NCBI RefSeq assembly: GCF_000485595.1
Contig: NW_014577080.1
Location: forward strand, 529,423-567,936
Reading direction: 5' to 3'
Source: Priapulus caudatus
Taxonomy: Eukaryota
Length of the DNA stretch: 38,514 bases
The position numbers and the translations under genes are program-made. The notes below the pieces were generated by a model. That model had not been told where the DNA came from. It saw only the letters and a program-made list of their open reading frames with translations, and made no database searches. Positions 27,637 through 38,514 of this stretch are shown piece after piece; position 1 is the first letter of the stretch, and each line of letters opens with the position of its first letter.

Positions 27637-29297
27637 GTACAGCTACCCTGTAAATAGCTTATCGCAGCGCTGTGTCAATGTATATGCACGTCTGAAAGGC
27701 GATGGCCGAGGTGGGTGCATCACCGTAAAAGTCCTTTTGTTTATAGATTTTAGGTTGTCTGTAATGAGATGACAGCGATTCTATGATCATTTCCACTGCA
27801 GTATGCCACTTGTATACACAGCTGTGTTAACTTTTAATATTCGAGAAACTTCTAGTATTTTATGCGACTTAAAAGTAAAAAGTAAAAGTAAAAGTAAATT
27901 AAAAGTAGTGCGGCGCCACGCCATGTGTGCACTCTCCTTAAGCCATTATGTAGCTTGTTGTGTTGCGTTCTTTGCTAGATTTCTATGTAAGAACACGGTT
28001 TTTCTTTTCGGCGTTAAAGCAGAATATTCAAACACAATAACCAACATAACTTAATATTACGCTAACATCATTGTTTAGTTTGGTTGTTTTACTATTCAAT
28101 ATATGTAGTCCGTGGCGAATTGTTAACAGTTGATTGCGTGCCTATTTTCATTTTAACTAGTGTGCGTAACATTACCCTACCATGCATGCATTTCTGATGC
28201 ATACATGAAGGCATGCAGGCCAACATACCCCGATACCATCATCCAATATGAAAGAATAGCTCGATTGTAACAGTCAAACCCGGCTACCCTGAGGCATTAT
28301 CTACACATGCACGGGAAATTGACTTTCCCTAAATCTCAGTGCTGTGAGTGTTTGCCGTCAGTGGAATGTCCATTTTGTCAACTGGTCGGGGGTTCCATCT
28401 CCCGCACGTGCTTTCCTGCAGGGCAGGCTGGCAACACGAGAAATCACTGAGCGACGCCGTTTATTTGCCGTTGAGTGGTTCCAACTGGTTCATATCCTCA
28501 TTTTATTCTTCAGAGCGCCTGAAAGCACTAAAAGAGTGTTCTTATGTCCGTACGGGATGGGCCTTTATAAGTGATGGGAAAACGTACAGGCGTTATACTC
28601 ACTTTGAATAGCATTTATCGATAGACTCGCGCAGTCTTCTGTGTCCTGTATCGCCTGGTGATTTTTGGCGGTTCTCTCTGTATTTCTATATCTGTCTATT
28701 CCCGAAAAATCTCACACATGTCATTATAAGTTACATCATTTTGATCGCGGGATCTTTTACTCAGCATATACGCATTACATCTCTGATGAGAAACAGTAAT
28801 GGCGTTCTCTACCCAGTAGTAATAGTATATAGCCGCCAGTCGATGTCAATTTGAGAAAAATATCGGAACATGTACGACTTGATTCCAAGTATGAATTGCA
28901 TCCGTCATTGAAAATAAACCGATTTTAGAACAGTGTTAAGTGCAGATGTTTTGTAGTTGTGTACTTTCGTAGTGTGTGCTACGTTATGATTGCAAAATCG
29001 AACAACACCATTAAACATAAATAACCGTTTACGGCTCGTGTTAACATTACAAACAATACAGTATGATGGGGGGAAACAACAGGGATAACCGAAATATTGG
29101 TTGTGTCAAATAATTGAATAAGGTTTTTCACAATGGCTGACGAATGGTCACGTGACACATATTCCAGTCATGTGATTTCTATTTTAGTATGCATGGCCCG
29201 CAATGAAATTTAATTACGCACAAGGATTGCTGTTAAAACAGCACAAACGCAATTATTTACAATAATTATACAAAAAATGTTGTTGAATGCTTCGCAG

Positions 29298-29417
29298 GCA
29301 GCACAGCGGTGACACTGGAGCTGTTCATCATCAACGTGAGAAAGGAGGACACGGGAGAGTACTCGTGCAAGGCGTCAAACATTGTCGGCTCCGTGGAGGC
29401 GCGCATTGACATTGACG
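29298..29417 (+). CDS. Same gene, exon for second half of Ig3 ([G]STAVTLELFIINVRKEDTGEYSCKASNIVGSVEARIDID)
   Basis: Acceptor gcttcgcAG, donor ACG|GTATAT, 120 nt, phase 1-1. Canonical I-set LxIxNVxxEDxGxYxCxASNxxG motif. Too short to appear in the ORF track. Confidence 0.93.
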
Positions 29418-29473
29418 GTATATACATATAGCATACATACATAGTTATAAGCAGTATATACCTGCAATACAGG

Positions 29474-29546
29474 CATACATACATACATACATACATACAT
29501 ACATACATACATACATACATACATACATACATACATACATACATAC
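29474..29546. repeat. Perfect (CATA)n microsatellite
   Basis: Direct reading. Confidence 0.95.
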
Positions 29547-29548
29547 AA

Positions 29549-29750
29549 GGGAGGATGAGGAGAGGAAGACGGGGGAGGATGAGGAGGGGAAGACGGGGGA
29601 GGATGAGGAGAGGAAGACGGGGGAGGATGAGGAGGGGAAGACGAAGGAGGATGAGGAGGGGAAGACTGGCGAGGATGAGGAGGTGAAGACGGGGGAGGAT
29701 GAGGAGGACGAAGGCTGAGGAAGATGATGAGGTAGAGGCGGGGGAGGATG
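29549..29750. repeat. Purine-rich 24-bp minisatellite (ggaggatgaggagRggaagacggg), about 6-7 copies, decaying into GA-rich sequence to about 29920
   Basis: Direct reading; produces the 8-aa LILPRLPL periodicity in the minus-strand ORFs. Confidence 0.9.
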
Positions 29751-30193
29751 AAAAGGGCGGGCGGCGGGAGGGTGGCGAGAGGGTAGCGGTGAAGCAGCAA
29801 ACAGACTGGGTTGGTGGCGGGTTGGTGGTGGCAGTGGATGGGAGAGAGGAGCAGATAGAAAGACGGTTGGGAGAAGAGCAGTAAGTACAGGGAGGAGGGT
29901 GAGGATGGCGCGTGGTGGCAGGAGCATGGGCACAGAACATGGGACCATGCAGCGAGTTCAGATAGAGAAGAGAAACCTCAATTGCTCCGTGCTAGGCATT
30001 AACGTCTCACGCGCGACCAGTGTTAAAGATTTTTACCGTTACTACTACTACTACTGTTGCTGCTGCTGACCGAGGGTTTTACAACTGCCTATGCCAGCGT
30101 TAGATTTGCTTCTCAGCTTAAACGCTGCCACCCATAAATATTGCGACGCCGCTGCAGCCCCCTTTATAGTCGATTAAAACAAATTTCGTATTT

Positions 30194-30440
30194 AAATAAA
30201 TAAATGAATAAATAAATAAATAAATAAATACATACATACATACATACATACATACATACATACATACATACATACATACATGTGTACATATATAGTTATG
30301 TACCTGCAATGCATGCTTACATATATACATGCGTACGCACGTGCGTGTATAGCATAAATTCAGCTTGCGTGCGTACGTGAGTGAGTGCGTGCGTGCGTGC
30401 GTACGTGCGTGCATGCGTGAGTGCGTACGTGAGTGAGTGG
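30194..30440. repeat. (AAAT)n, (CATA)n and (GCGT)n microsatellites
   Basis: Direct reading. Confidence 0.9.
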
Positions 30441-32265
30441 ATACATGCTGCTTGCTTACTTCTTTGTTCATTACCCCCCCCCCCACCCCATCCCCACACA
30501 CACACACGCACTCTCATATTTTCTCTCGCTTTGTATTTCTCTCAATCCTTCTCTCACTCAATGCTTGTTCATTTTCACGTGCTGTTTCTTTTCTTCCCGA
30601 TCGTCTGCTTTCTATTTCCTTAGTTATACTTCCCTATCTCTCTCGCTCTTTATATCTAAATGTCTCTCTTAGGTGCGACTCTGCTCTTTCTCTCGTCCGT
30701 TGGCCCTAGACAGACAAACAGACAGACAAACTAGACAGACGCACACGAGCGCACGCATGTACAGACAATAATCTTTTTCCTCTGCGTCACTGTGCGCATG
30801 GGCACATACCCATGACCATCTGCGTAATTGTTGTACCTGAATGTCGATGCTTTTGATTTCCTACCTGCTTGCATACGGATTAGCTTAGTAGTGCCCTAAT
30901 GTTTGCTTTTTTCATGTTTTTTTTCTTTATTTATTATTTCGCTTGCTTTCGATTACAGACTGAATCTTTAATTCCTTGTAACACCGTGGTTTTGGCGTTA
31001 TACATATTTTTTTCTCGTCTCCATGCGAAACGTAGTTCAACTAAATTGATTTTTTCATGCCGGTCGTGCGGTCTACTTTGATGCTTCTCCGTTCTGGGCG
31101 TAAACGTTTGGCAGCATGTTCGCAGAGTTGGTTTTTTTTCTCGGCATATAAACTTCATAATTGGCAACGATAGAGAGAACTGAAGCGCGGCAGTAACACA
31201 GGTTACACTGATATGTTATACTGCGACCAACACTGGCATCCTTTTGATGTTGATATCCTGGTTTGTCAGATTCGATACAGGGTAAATATACCTGGCTTTA
31301 ATGCTCTCCTTATTGCGTGTAAAAGATATCGAGTGAAACTTTGAATCGATCTGGTGCGAGTGAGTATTCATACATGCAGTACTCGCAATTACTGTTGCTG
31401 TCATCCCAGCAACGCATTACTGCACGATCCACTGCATATACAGAAATACTGCGTGGATTAAAAACCTCGTCTTTTTTTATCGTACATCGTAATCTAAATA
31501 TGAAAAAGTTACGCCGTCTTCGCAACGACCGACGCAATGAGTATTTGACAAAATGCATAGATATCATGTTTGCTCAGTGAACAACATCCTCGATGGACGA
31601 GTGGGTAGTTTTCTGATATCTCGCTCGCGAAAGAATTTGCGATATACTTGTAATATAATAACATTGGGTTGAAAATCACTTCACATTTGCGAAAGCGTAT
31701 TCAAATTCACTAACATCGCTTATATGATGCTACCCACTCTCGGCGCGCGTTCGTTTGCTCGCCACAATTATCGGGCCTCACTGTTAAAATTAAAGTTAGC
31801 AGAAGGCTAGCTGGGCGGTGGTTGCACGCACTAGCCGCGAGAGAATGCGAGCAATCATCGTAACACGAGCAGGCGAACCCGGCTGGTTTAGTGCGTTCAA
31901 ATGGAGTAATCTGCCTTCAGCACACCACGATGAAGTACGTGCTAGCGCACTTCTTTTTAGCACACAAAACGTATAGCGTGTTGGATATGTCTTCATGCAA
32001 ACTTCCGTGTCTATGAAAAGGGCTCAACGGAGTATACACAGTACTGCGCACGACGGCTGCACGCGACGAAGGCTTACGCAATTCATTTTGACAATAAACG
32101 TTTTCTAAATTAACTGCGGTACAACATTACGTAATGAACTTACTGTCGGAGGCGAGAGGATCGTGCGTAAAGCTCTTCCGCTAAATTGGTCGTTTTAATC
32201 CGAATGCTGGAAGTGTTACTGCGTTGGAACTACGTTATATGTTACGCTTGTTTATCTCGTTACAG

Positions 32266-32376
32266 AGGTATTGCCTCCGCCTCCGACTACAACGACAGAA
32301 TTGCCGTCGACAGCACCGAAAGCAGGTGGCACCAAGGGTCGGGAACATAGGAAAGACAGAAATAAGGACAGGAAAG
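32266..32376 (+). CDS. Same gene, post-Ig stalk exon ([E]VLPPPPTTTTELPSTAPKAGGTKGREHRKDRNKDRK)
   Basis: Acceptor tttatctcgttacAG, donor AAG|GTATGT, 111 nt, phase 1-1, in frame with the previous exon. A Pro/Thr-rich segment after Ig3 is common in DIP-like proteins. Confidence 0.85.
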
Positions 32377-33858
32377 GTATGTCGACAACGCGATTCACGT
32401 CTGCAGGTGTTACGGGCACAACATTGATACAATTATTTTGAGATATACGGTCACCGTGCAGACCTTGTACATAAACTTCACGATTTCAACACGTTTTTAA
32501 GAAACGTGCTCACAGATATCGTTTGCGTTTTGCTTGCTATTGTAATAAAATATGTTGACATTTATGGCGGCATTTTTACCCTTCAAATGATACAGCTAAC
32601 GAGAATTGTTAAACGACATATCGAATACGGTCATATCCAATCGAGCTATTGTTTGTCTCAACACGCACCTGTCCGCCGTCTTTGCGCCAATGTAATATTA
32701 TATGTACGTTATATTTATATATATATAGCGTTCACTGAACAACATATTATGTTAACACAACAAAATGATTGCCACCGTTCACATGCCACCTGTAACGTGT
32801 TATGTGGACTACGGATTCGCATCGTTATTGTAATAGCATATCGGCATATCATGTGTCGGCAATACGAAATGCCACATCACGGTACCATTAGTGCCGTTAG
32901 TATCCATACCTAGCATCTAAAGGCCTATATAAATTCTCGGTACGTTCAAGCATAATACACAGAACTATCACCGTCGATATTCCACTCTCGCCAATAAAGT
33001 TAACAGCCTACGGCAAGTGCCAACGTTCAGTACACTGTATTTTCAAGTGTTAAGTCCATGGTGGGCCTTTTGGGCATTACTGCATTGTAGGAAGCTGAGA
33101 GTATAGGTTTAATATAATTTTGGGACGATGGAAAATATGTTGGCTGCTGGTTTTTGCGGATTTAGCGTGTATTATGAAAACATTTTCGCGGAAGTAGAAA
33201 TCTGTTTAGAATCTGTGATCGTTAGATTTTCCTGCTAAATACTATTACAAATTACTTGATTGCATTCGTTAGAATATATCAATTTGTTATTTTGTTTAAG
33301 TTTAAGTTTATTTAAGTTGATAGTTTTTCCCCAACTATTTGTATTTTACATGCATTTACTTCTGTACACGATATAAGAATTATGTTTATTTTCCCATGCA
33401 GGTTTAATTTCTAAGCAGAATCATACTTGTTATCAGTAGTAGGATTTGTTTGTTGCTATTGTTTACTATAAATTGGTGTCGTTGTTTATTTTGATACAGT
33501 TAACACAAATGCTTTTTTACGATAATATTTGCATTTTAATTTACGACATAGGCAAATAGCTTGTTTATAAAGCAGTTACATTGCCCGATATCCCACATGA
33601 AGTTAAACCTGTGTGTGGAGTCACTTCGATATATCGGCCACCCGTTAATAGTGCTTTTCCTAGCAGAAAAAATGTGCTATAAAGCTGATGTATTATGGTA
33701 TAGACACCTTTCCTATTGGGAAACGTCCCCCTCTACATTACGCACGGGCAATAACAGGCCCACTCCCCATGCGCATGCGCAATGCGCCCCGCTCGACACG
33801 CCCATGACAATGAGCAATAAAGAAGGGGTGAGATTGGAATAAGGGGGAGGTCTGCCAT

Positions 33859-33979
33859 ACTATACCGGCCGCACACGAAAGCTAACTGCTGAGCAAACGA
33901 ACTGGTCGTTAGTACGAACGAACGAGTTAGTCGTCAGGCGGTTTGCTCAATAGTTAGCTCTTTTGTGCGGCGCGATAGT
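33859..33979. mobile_element. Roughly 120-bp fold-back / MITE-like element
   Basis: gccgcacacgaaagctaactgctgagcaaac (33868-33898) and gtttgctcaatagttagctcttttgtgcggc (33941-33971) form a 31-bp imperfect inverted repeat, flanked by actat/atagt. Confidence 0.5.
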
Positions 33980-34277
33980 TCATGGAACGCGTGTGTTGGA
34001 TATCTTTGAACGCGAAATGTCATGGATCCGGGCCTGCAAGCAAATATAGATGTCCAGCAACATGCATGTATAAAGAGCTTTGGTGCATAAATTAGTCTCT
34101 TGCTCATAAGTCAAAAGTTAAACATTGCGTAACACATGCATCATGTAAAAAACACATTTACATGTGTAGCCATTACAATGTAAATCATGTGGAAACGATG
34201 TGAATCTACCGCTATATAATTATATATAGAAGCCACTGTAAAACAACAAATGGGTTTAAAACAAATTTTAATTGGTC

Positions 34278-34280
<3 letters not shown>

Positions 34281-34333
<53 letters not shown>

Positions 34334-34334
34334 A

Positions 34335-34372
<38 letters not shown>

Positions 34373-34409
34373 TGAGAGAGAAGATATATAGCATATGCAT
34401 ATATTATTA

Positions 34410-34447
<38 letters not shown>
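34281..34447. repeat. (TA)n-(GA)n-(TA)n microsatellites
   Basis: Direct reading. Confidence 0.95.
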
Positions 34448-34449
<2 letters not shown>

Positions 34450-34910
34450 TTTGGCTGTATATAACCCTTCAAGTACATCGATATTACACAATTGAGCTGT
34501 TAAATCCGTGCATGAGGACTTTTTAAACTGAATATGGTGGGTAAGTTACTTAATGAAGGGTCTGCCCACTAAATTACCACAAGCAAAGAAGAGCAGTCGA
34601 ATATTATGTCCTGTAATATCGGTTTAATATACAAATAAAAGAGAAAACAGAACTATATGTGGCAAATCGCTTGCAACTACATAGTTCTACTTTCTAACGC
34701 ATATACCGTACGCAAGAAATCCTTCGTGGTCGAGAAGAAGTAATAACGTTCAAAATCATTAGCAATGAGCAGAAGGCGGTGGAGGTAGTCTTTATAATAC
34801 ATAGCCAAATAACAGCAGATATAACCCAGTTAATGAAATGACATCGGCTCTAATTTACGTTCAATGCATTATTACCTGACTTTTGCGAACGATATCAAAT
34901 TTCTTGACAG

Positions 34911-34997
34911 GTGATAATGAAGATGTTGATAGCGAAGACATGGTGCAAAATACAGATTTATTTTCTTCGATTTCGCAAGATGGCCGCACCGCCAAAG
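34911..34997 (+). CDS. Same gene, probable acidic stalk exon ([G]DNEDVDSEDMVQNTDLFSSISQDGRTAK)
   Basis: Acceptor atttcttgacAG, donor AAG|GTAAAT, 87 nt, open in phase 1-1. Supported by splice signals and frame only. Confidence 0.65.
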
Positions 34998-35839
34998 GTA
35001 AATGAACAATTTCGTTGCCAGCCAGCTGTCCTTGTGATACGTTGTGAACACTTTTGTTATCTCGCACTAGCTGAAGATTCCTGGTTTTTTTTCGGGTAAC
35101 TGAGAAAATGATAGCGTACCCTAAAAACATACAATGCTTTGACGTCAGATTTGATTATCTTGTAGATGGACGTATAACATATTAAGTGTTGCACTTTACA
35201 TCGGATGTGAATAATGTACAAAAACATAGTTATACAGTACGCTCGCACGAGGACAAGTTAGTCGTTATATATCAATATAAGTTGAACCACCTTTAAGTTT
35301 CGATCGTCGAAAAAGTTAATCAAGCGAGGCAAGTCGATGTGTCTCCATCGAGTCGAAAATTTCGAAGAATGTTGCACTTATTCTTCCGCAGCCATCGCGA
35401 TTTCTGTAAAAAAAATACCGTGAAAAGCACAAGCATTCCATTCAATTAGCTCAGCTTGATACACGAAGACACTCGCGCATCTCCCTCGAATACCAACGAT
35501 GTCATTAGTTCGCGCCAGTAAATTTAATTCACACTTCTCGGGGGATGATTTCGGCTTGCGATTGTTGCTTGTGTTAGCCAAACCGAATCTGCAAGTGATT
35601 ATATTAGTTCTCACTTCTGCCTTCTCGCGGAGGCTTTGCGTAGATGGTAAATAATAATTAGGCACAGGACGAAAAATTCTGTTGGGATTGGTTTGAGTGC
35701 CGTTTGGACTGTTTGGATGATGTATAAAGAATTTTATTGTCTCCATAACAGCGATGGAAGCGCAATATAAAGCTCGAAAATCTATTTGGGAAATTGGTTT
35801 TAATGGTTTGTGATGTTTTACGCTTAAATTCCATTACAG

Positions 35840-35902
35840 ATGACGCATCAGCAAATGACCAGACGAAAACCCCTATTCACGTCAATGAATCTAAGGATAA
35901 AG
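35840..35902 (+). CDS. Same gene, probable short stalk exon ([D]DASANDQTKTPIHVNESKDK)
   Basis: Acceptor attccattacAG, donor AAG|GTATGT, 63 nt, open in phase 1-1. Supported by splice signals and frame only. Confidence 0.65.
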
Positions 35903-38355
35903 GTATGTTTTTTCATCGCGTTTAATTTGCCTCGCATTAGCATATCTCGGGCAACGAGCACGTCTATCTATATACGTACACTAAGCACGCTCACTCTCCA
36001 AACTAATTTCGGGCCGGCATCCTTGCTATCGGTGTGCGAACAAGCTTATTCTCCGGTTCTTTCCCGGATCTTTTATACGATGTCGTGACCGTTTTTTTCC
36101 GCGTTGCTCATTAATTCTAATACGTCATCGTAGGCATAACCCCCCGCAGTACCGCACCTGACGCGTGGTACTAATTACCGTCGCGTGATGAACGAGACGG
36201 ATAATGTGAAGATGATGAAAACATGATCCATTCCGCGTTACCTCTCCGCTGAACCTCAGCGATGATGAATCATACTGACATGTAGTCCTGCGCGTCATAC
36301 AATGACAAGTGTCAATTCTATTCCAGCGACTGTCGGGAATAAGGCATCGTTCGCCCACCGCTGCTCGGTCGTACTGAGACTGTTCTGCTGCGCCGTCATA
36401 GTTTTCCTGTCGTCGCTGTGGGATGAGCTGACCTAGGTAGAGTGTATAGTATCGCTGTCTCCGAGCCCTCCACAAACCCCGTAGCTGTCGTCGGAGTGCT
36501 TAAGAATCGCGTGTCGTCGTGTGGGGGACATTGTCGTGCGTGTCAGTCATTGGTGAAGTAGGTCGTGGGGGATATATTAGAGAAACTGAAAAATCGCGCT
36601 ACTAAACTGCATGCGCATCCATATACGGGCGCATTGCTTTTGAAGATAAAATGCGAATTTCTGAACGCGAAGCATTGCGAATTATCGGTTGTATTGGAAG
36701 ACGATTGCGTCGGTAGCGACGTGGGCGGTCTAAATCAGCAAATGTTCGGGTTCGGTCGGAGAGAACGCAGCATCCCATCGATGTGAAGCACGGCACCACG
36801 CTAGCATCGTTATTGAAATCATGCAGGTCAAATCAAATCAGAGAGAACGATTTTTCTCTACAGTGTAACGATCGGCAGTAGAACTAAGAAATGTATTCGC
36901 CGCTTGATAGAGCTAGTTTAGAATAAAGTGCGGGGGGTCGACGCTGTAAATCTGAACGGAAAATAACTCAAGTCTAGTTAAATTTTGTATATAGTTATCG
37001 TGTATGTAAATGGCAATTGTATCCTGCATTAATGTCATCTAGTTGAGTCTCCGAGTGGCACTATGTATAGCTCTTTAATGAATCCTATCTTAATGCGGTG
37101 ATTTCATAACAGACGAGCGATTATAGGTATTTTATACTTTCAAACTGCACATCTTTGTAACAATGTATATCAGAGAAATAATGCCAAAGCTGCTTTACCT
37201 GTATTTTGTATACATATATAACTGATACATGAAACGTAGTTATTCCGTAAGATATAGAGGCATCTGTGGGTAACGTACATAAACAATCTGTTAACGCTCG
37301 TAGACAAGCTACGGTTCAACGTTCGAAAATACGACGAAATGCTAAGACATCTATTGTGGCTTTTCTTTTACATGACTCTCGTTAGGAAGATGCTCGGTAT
37401 TCAGTCGTTGCTTGTGAATTTTTGATTGACATTTGCTTCAGTCTGACCGATGCATGTAGCCAGAATGTTATCGAGCGTAACTAACTTCTGATGACGATTC
37501 TAAATAACACAAATTTGCGAGCAATAAATCATAACTCACGACGTCTCCATATTGCGCTATCAGTCGATGTACGGCCGGAGACAAATTGCCTTCGATTAAC
37601 AATATCCTCAACCGCGTATCTCATTTCTGCATAATCGATAAATAATTCTTAACTCCGATAGCTTGTTATGATTGTATTGAATCGTCGTAAAAACAGTGAC
37701 ATATGTTTCAACTTAAGGCTAGTATGTGTCTGAATACTGTGGAGTATCTGTATTTGAGTTTAAAGATCAATACCACAAATGTAAATATTTGTAATCTCAT
37801 ACTGTTGGCTTGAAAATATTTTGTAAATAAAATCTTTTGTATAACATAATTTTTCCGTGATTTGTATTGCATTATGAAGGCTCGAGAAATACTCAAAATG
37901 CATTAGCTCTTGTCAGACCGATAGAAAGTTGGTAAATAAAATTTCACGCAAGCTTGTTGAGAATCAGAAGATGTAGACTAGACGAACGAAGCATTACACG
38001 ACGAATTATGCTTATATGGCATTATTAAACAAAACTAATTTAAAATTTCGGCACGGTAGAGTAGTGATGCTTCAAATGATATTCAGACATAGCGTACAGA
38101 CAAACGTACAGAATCACCATACTTCAACATGTCTGCTTTGACTGTCCGCGCCGGTGCATTTATCCATATTATTCATAACATCGAGGGAAATGGTTATTAA
38201 GTCTATTATGGTAATTACTCGGTACACGTCATAGTTCTCTCGTTTGCAAGACATTATTCTCCTTGAAGAGTATGAACCCTGCGATGAAAGCCCCAATCGA
38301 CCACCCGTACACCGACAAGTATGTATTAAAGATACTCTAATATAAACACATGAGT

Positions 38356-38514
38356 GAAGTATTACGGTCGTGCTAGCGTGATGTAAGTGTTAGGGTTGTA
38401 CTAGCGTGGTGGGAGTGTTACAGACGTGCTAGCGTGGTGGAAGTGTTACAGACGTGCTAGCGTGATGGAAGTGTTACGGTCGTACTAGCGTGATGGAAGT
38501 GTTACGGTCGTACT
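38356..38514. repeat. 28-bp minisatellite (gaagtgttacggtcgtactagcgtgatg), at least 5.7 copies, running off the window end
   Basis: Head-to-tail units start at 38356, 38384, 38412, 38440, 38468 and 38496, with point variants and no spacers. Confidence 0.95.

Larger units (their letters stand above)
17721..29205 (+). repeat. Copy B of the large direct repeat; carries the intact exons and continues into unique sequence
   Basis: Collinear with 1917-15913; the right boundary is approximate. Confidence 0.95.

Noticed and set aside
29266..29948. Minus-strand ORFs of 141-224 aa with Pro/Ser/Leu repeats (extensin-like)
   Set aside because: They derive from the 24-bp purine-rich minisatellite plus (CATA)n and lie antisense to a real Ig exon.
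30673..30963. Strong-looking acceptors after pyrimidine tracts (ctctcttAG ending 30672, gattacAG ending 30958)
   Set aside because: In phase 1 they lead to a short repeat-derived peptide or an immediate stop, with no matching donor; probably cryptic sites in CT-rich intron.
35378..36799. Non-repetitive ORFs of 65-122 aa (35378-35746, 36125-36475, 36565-36786)
   Set aside because: No recognisable domain, transposase or reverse-transcriptase motif; lengths are compatible with chance.
38356..38514. 28-bp repeats of CRISPR-like length
   Set aside because: The units are head-to-tail with no unique spacers, no cas genes are present, and the context is eukaryotic.
1..38514. Prokaryotic-type systems (operons, defence islands), tRNA/rRNA genes, autonomous transposons
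   Set aside because: None recognisable; no long non-repetitive ORF exists and the window is intron-dominated animal DNA. The species cannot be determined from the sequence alone.

Overview
This is eukaryotic genomic DNA from an animal, probably an invertebrate (CpG is not depleted, introns are long GT-AG type, microsatellites are very abundant). It is not prokaryotic, and almost all ORFs in the supplied track are translations of microsatellites or chance ORFs. The window holds the interior of one + strand, multi-exon immunoglobulin-superfamily adhesion gene of the lachesin / DIP / IgLON type. Seven exons between 24665 and 35902 splice in frame (all phase 1 to phase 1, 846 nt) and encode Ig2, Ig3 and a low-complexity stalk. 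An exon at 893-1044 probably encodes the middle of Ig1. The signal-peptide exon and a GPI or transmembrane exon were not found. About 1917-15913 is repeated at about 17721-29205 across a 25-N gap, and a roughly 1.1 kb block occurs three times. The left copy is full of small insertions that frameshift its exons, which fits an overfilled long-read gap (an assembly artefact, possibly two haplotypes) better than a real duplication. Also present are a MITE nested in another MITE inside a roughly 3 kb (CATA)n tract, several hairpins, and 24-bp and 28-bp minisatellites. I found no convincing new biological system; the most interesting biology is the exon architecture and C-terminus of the Ig gene.
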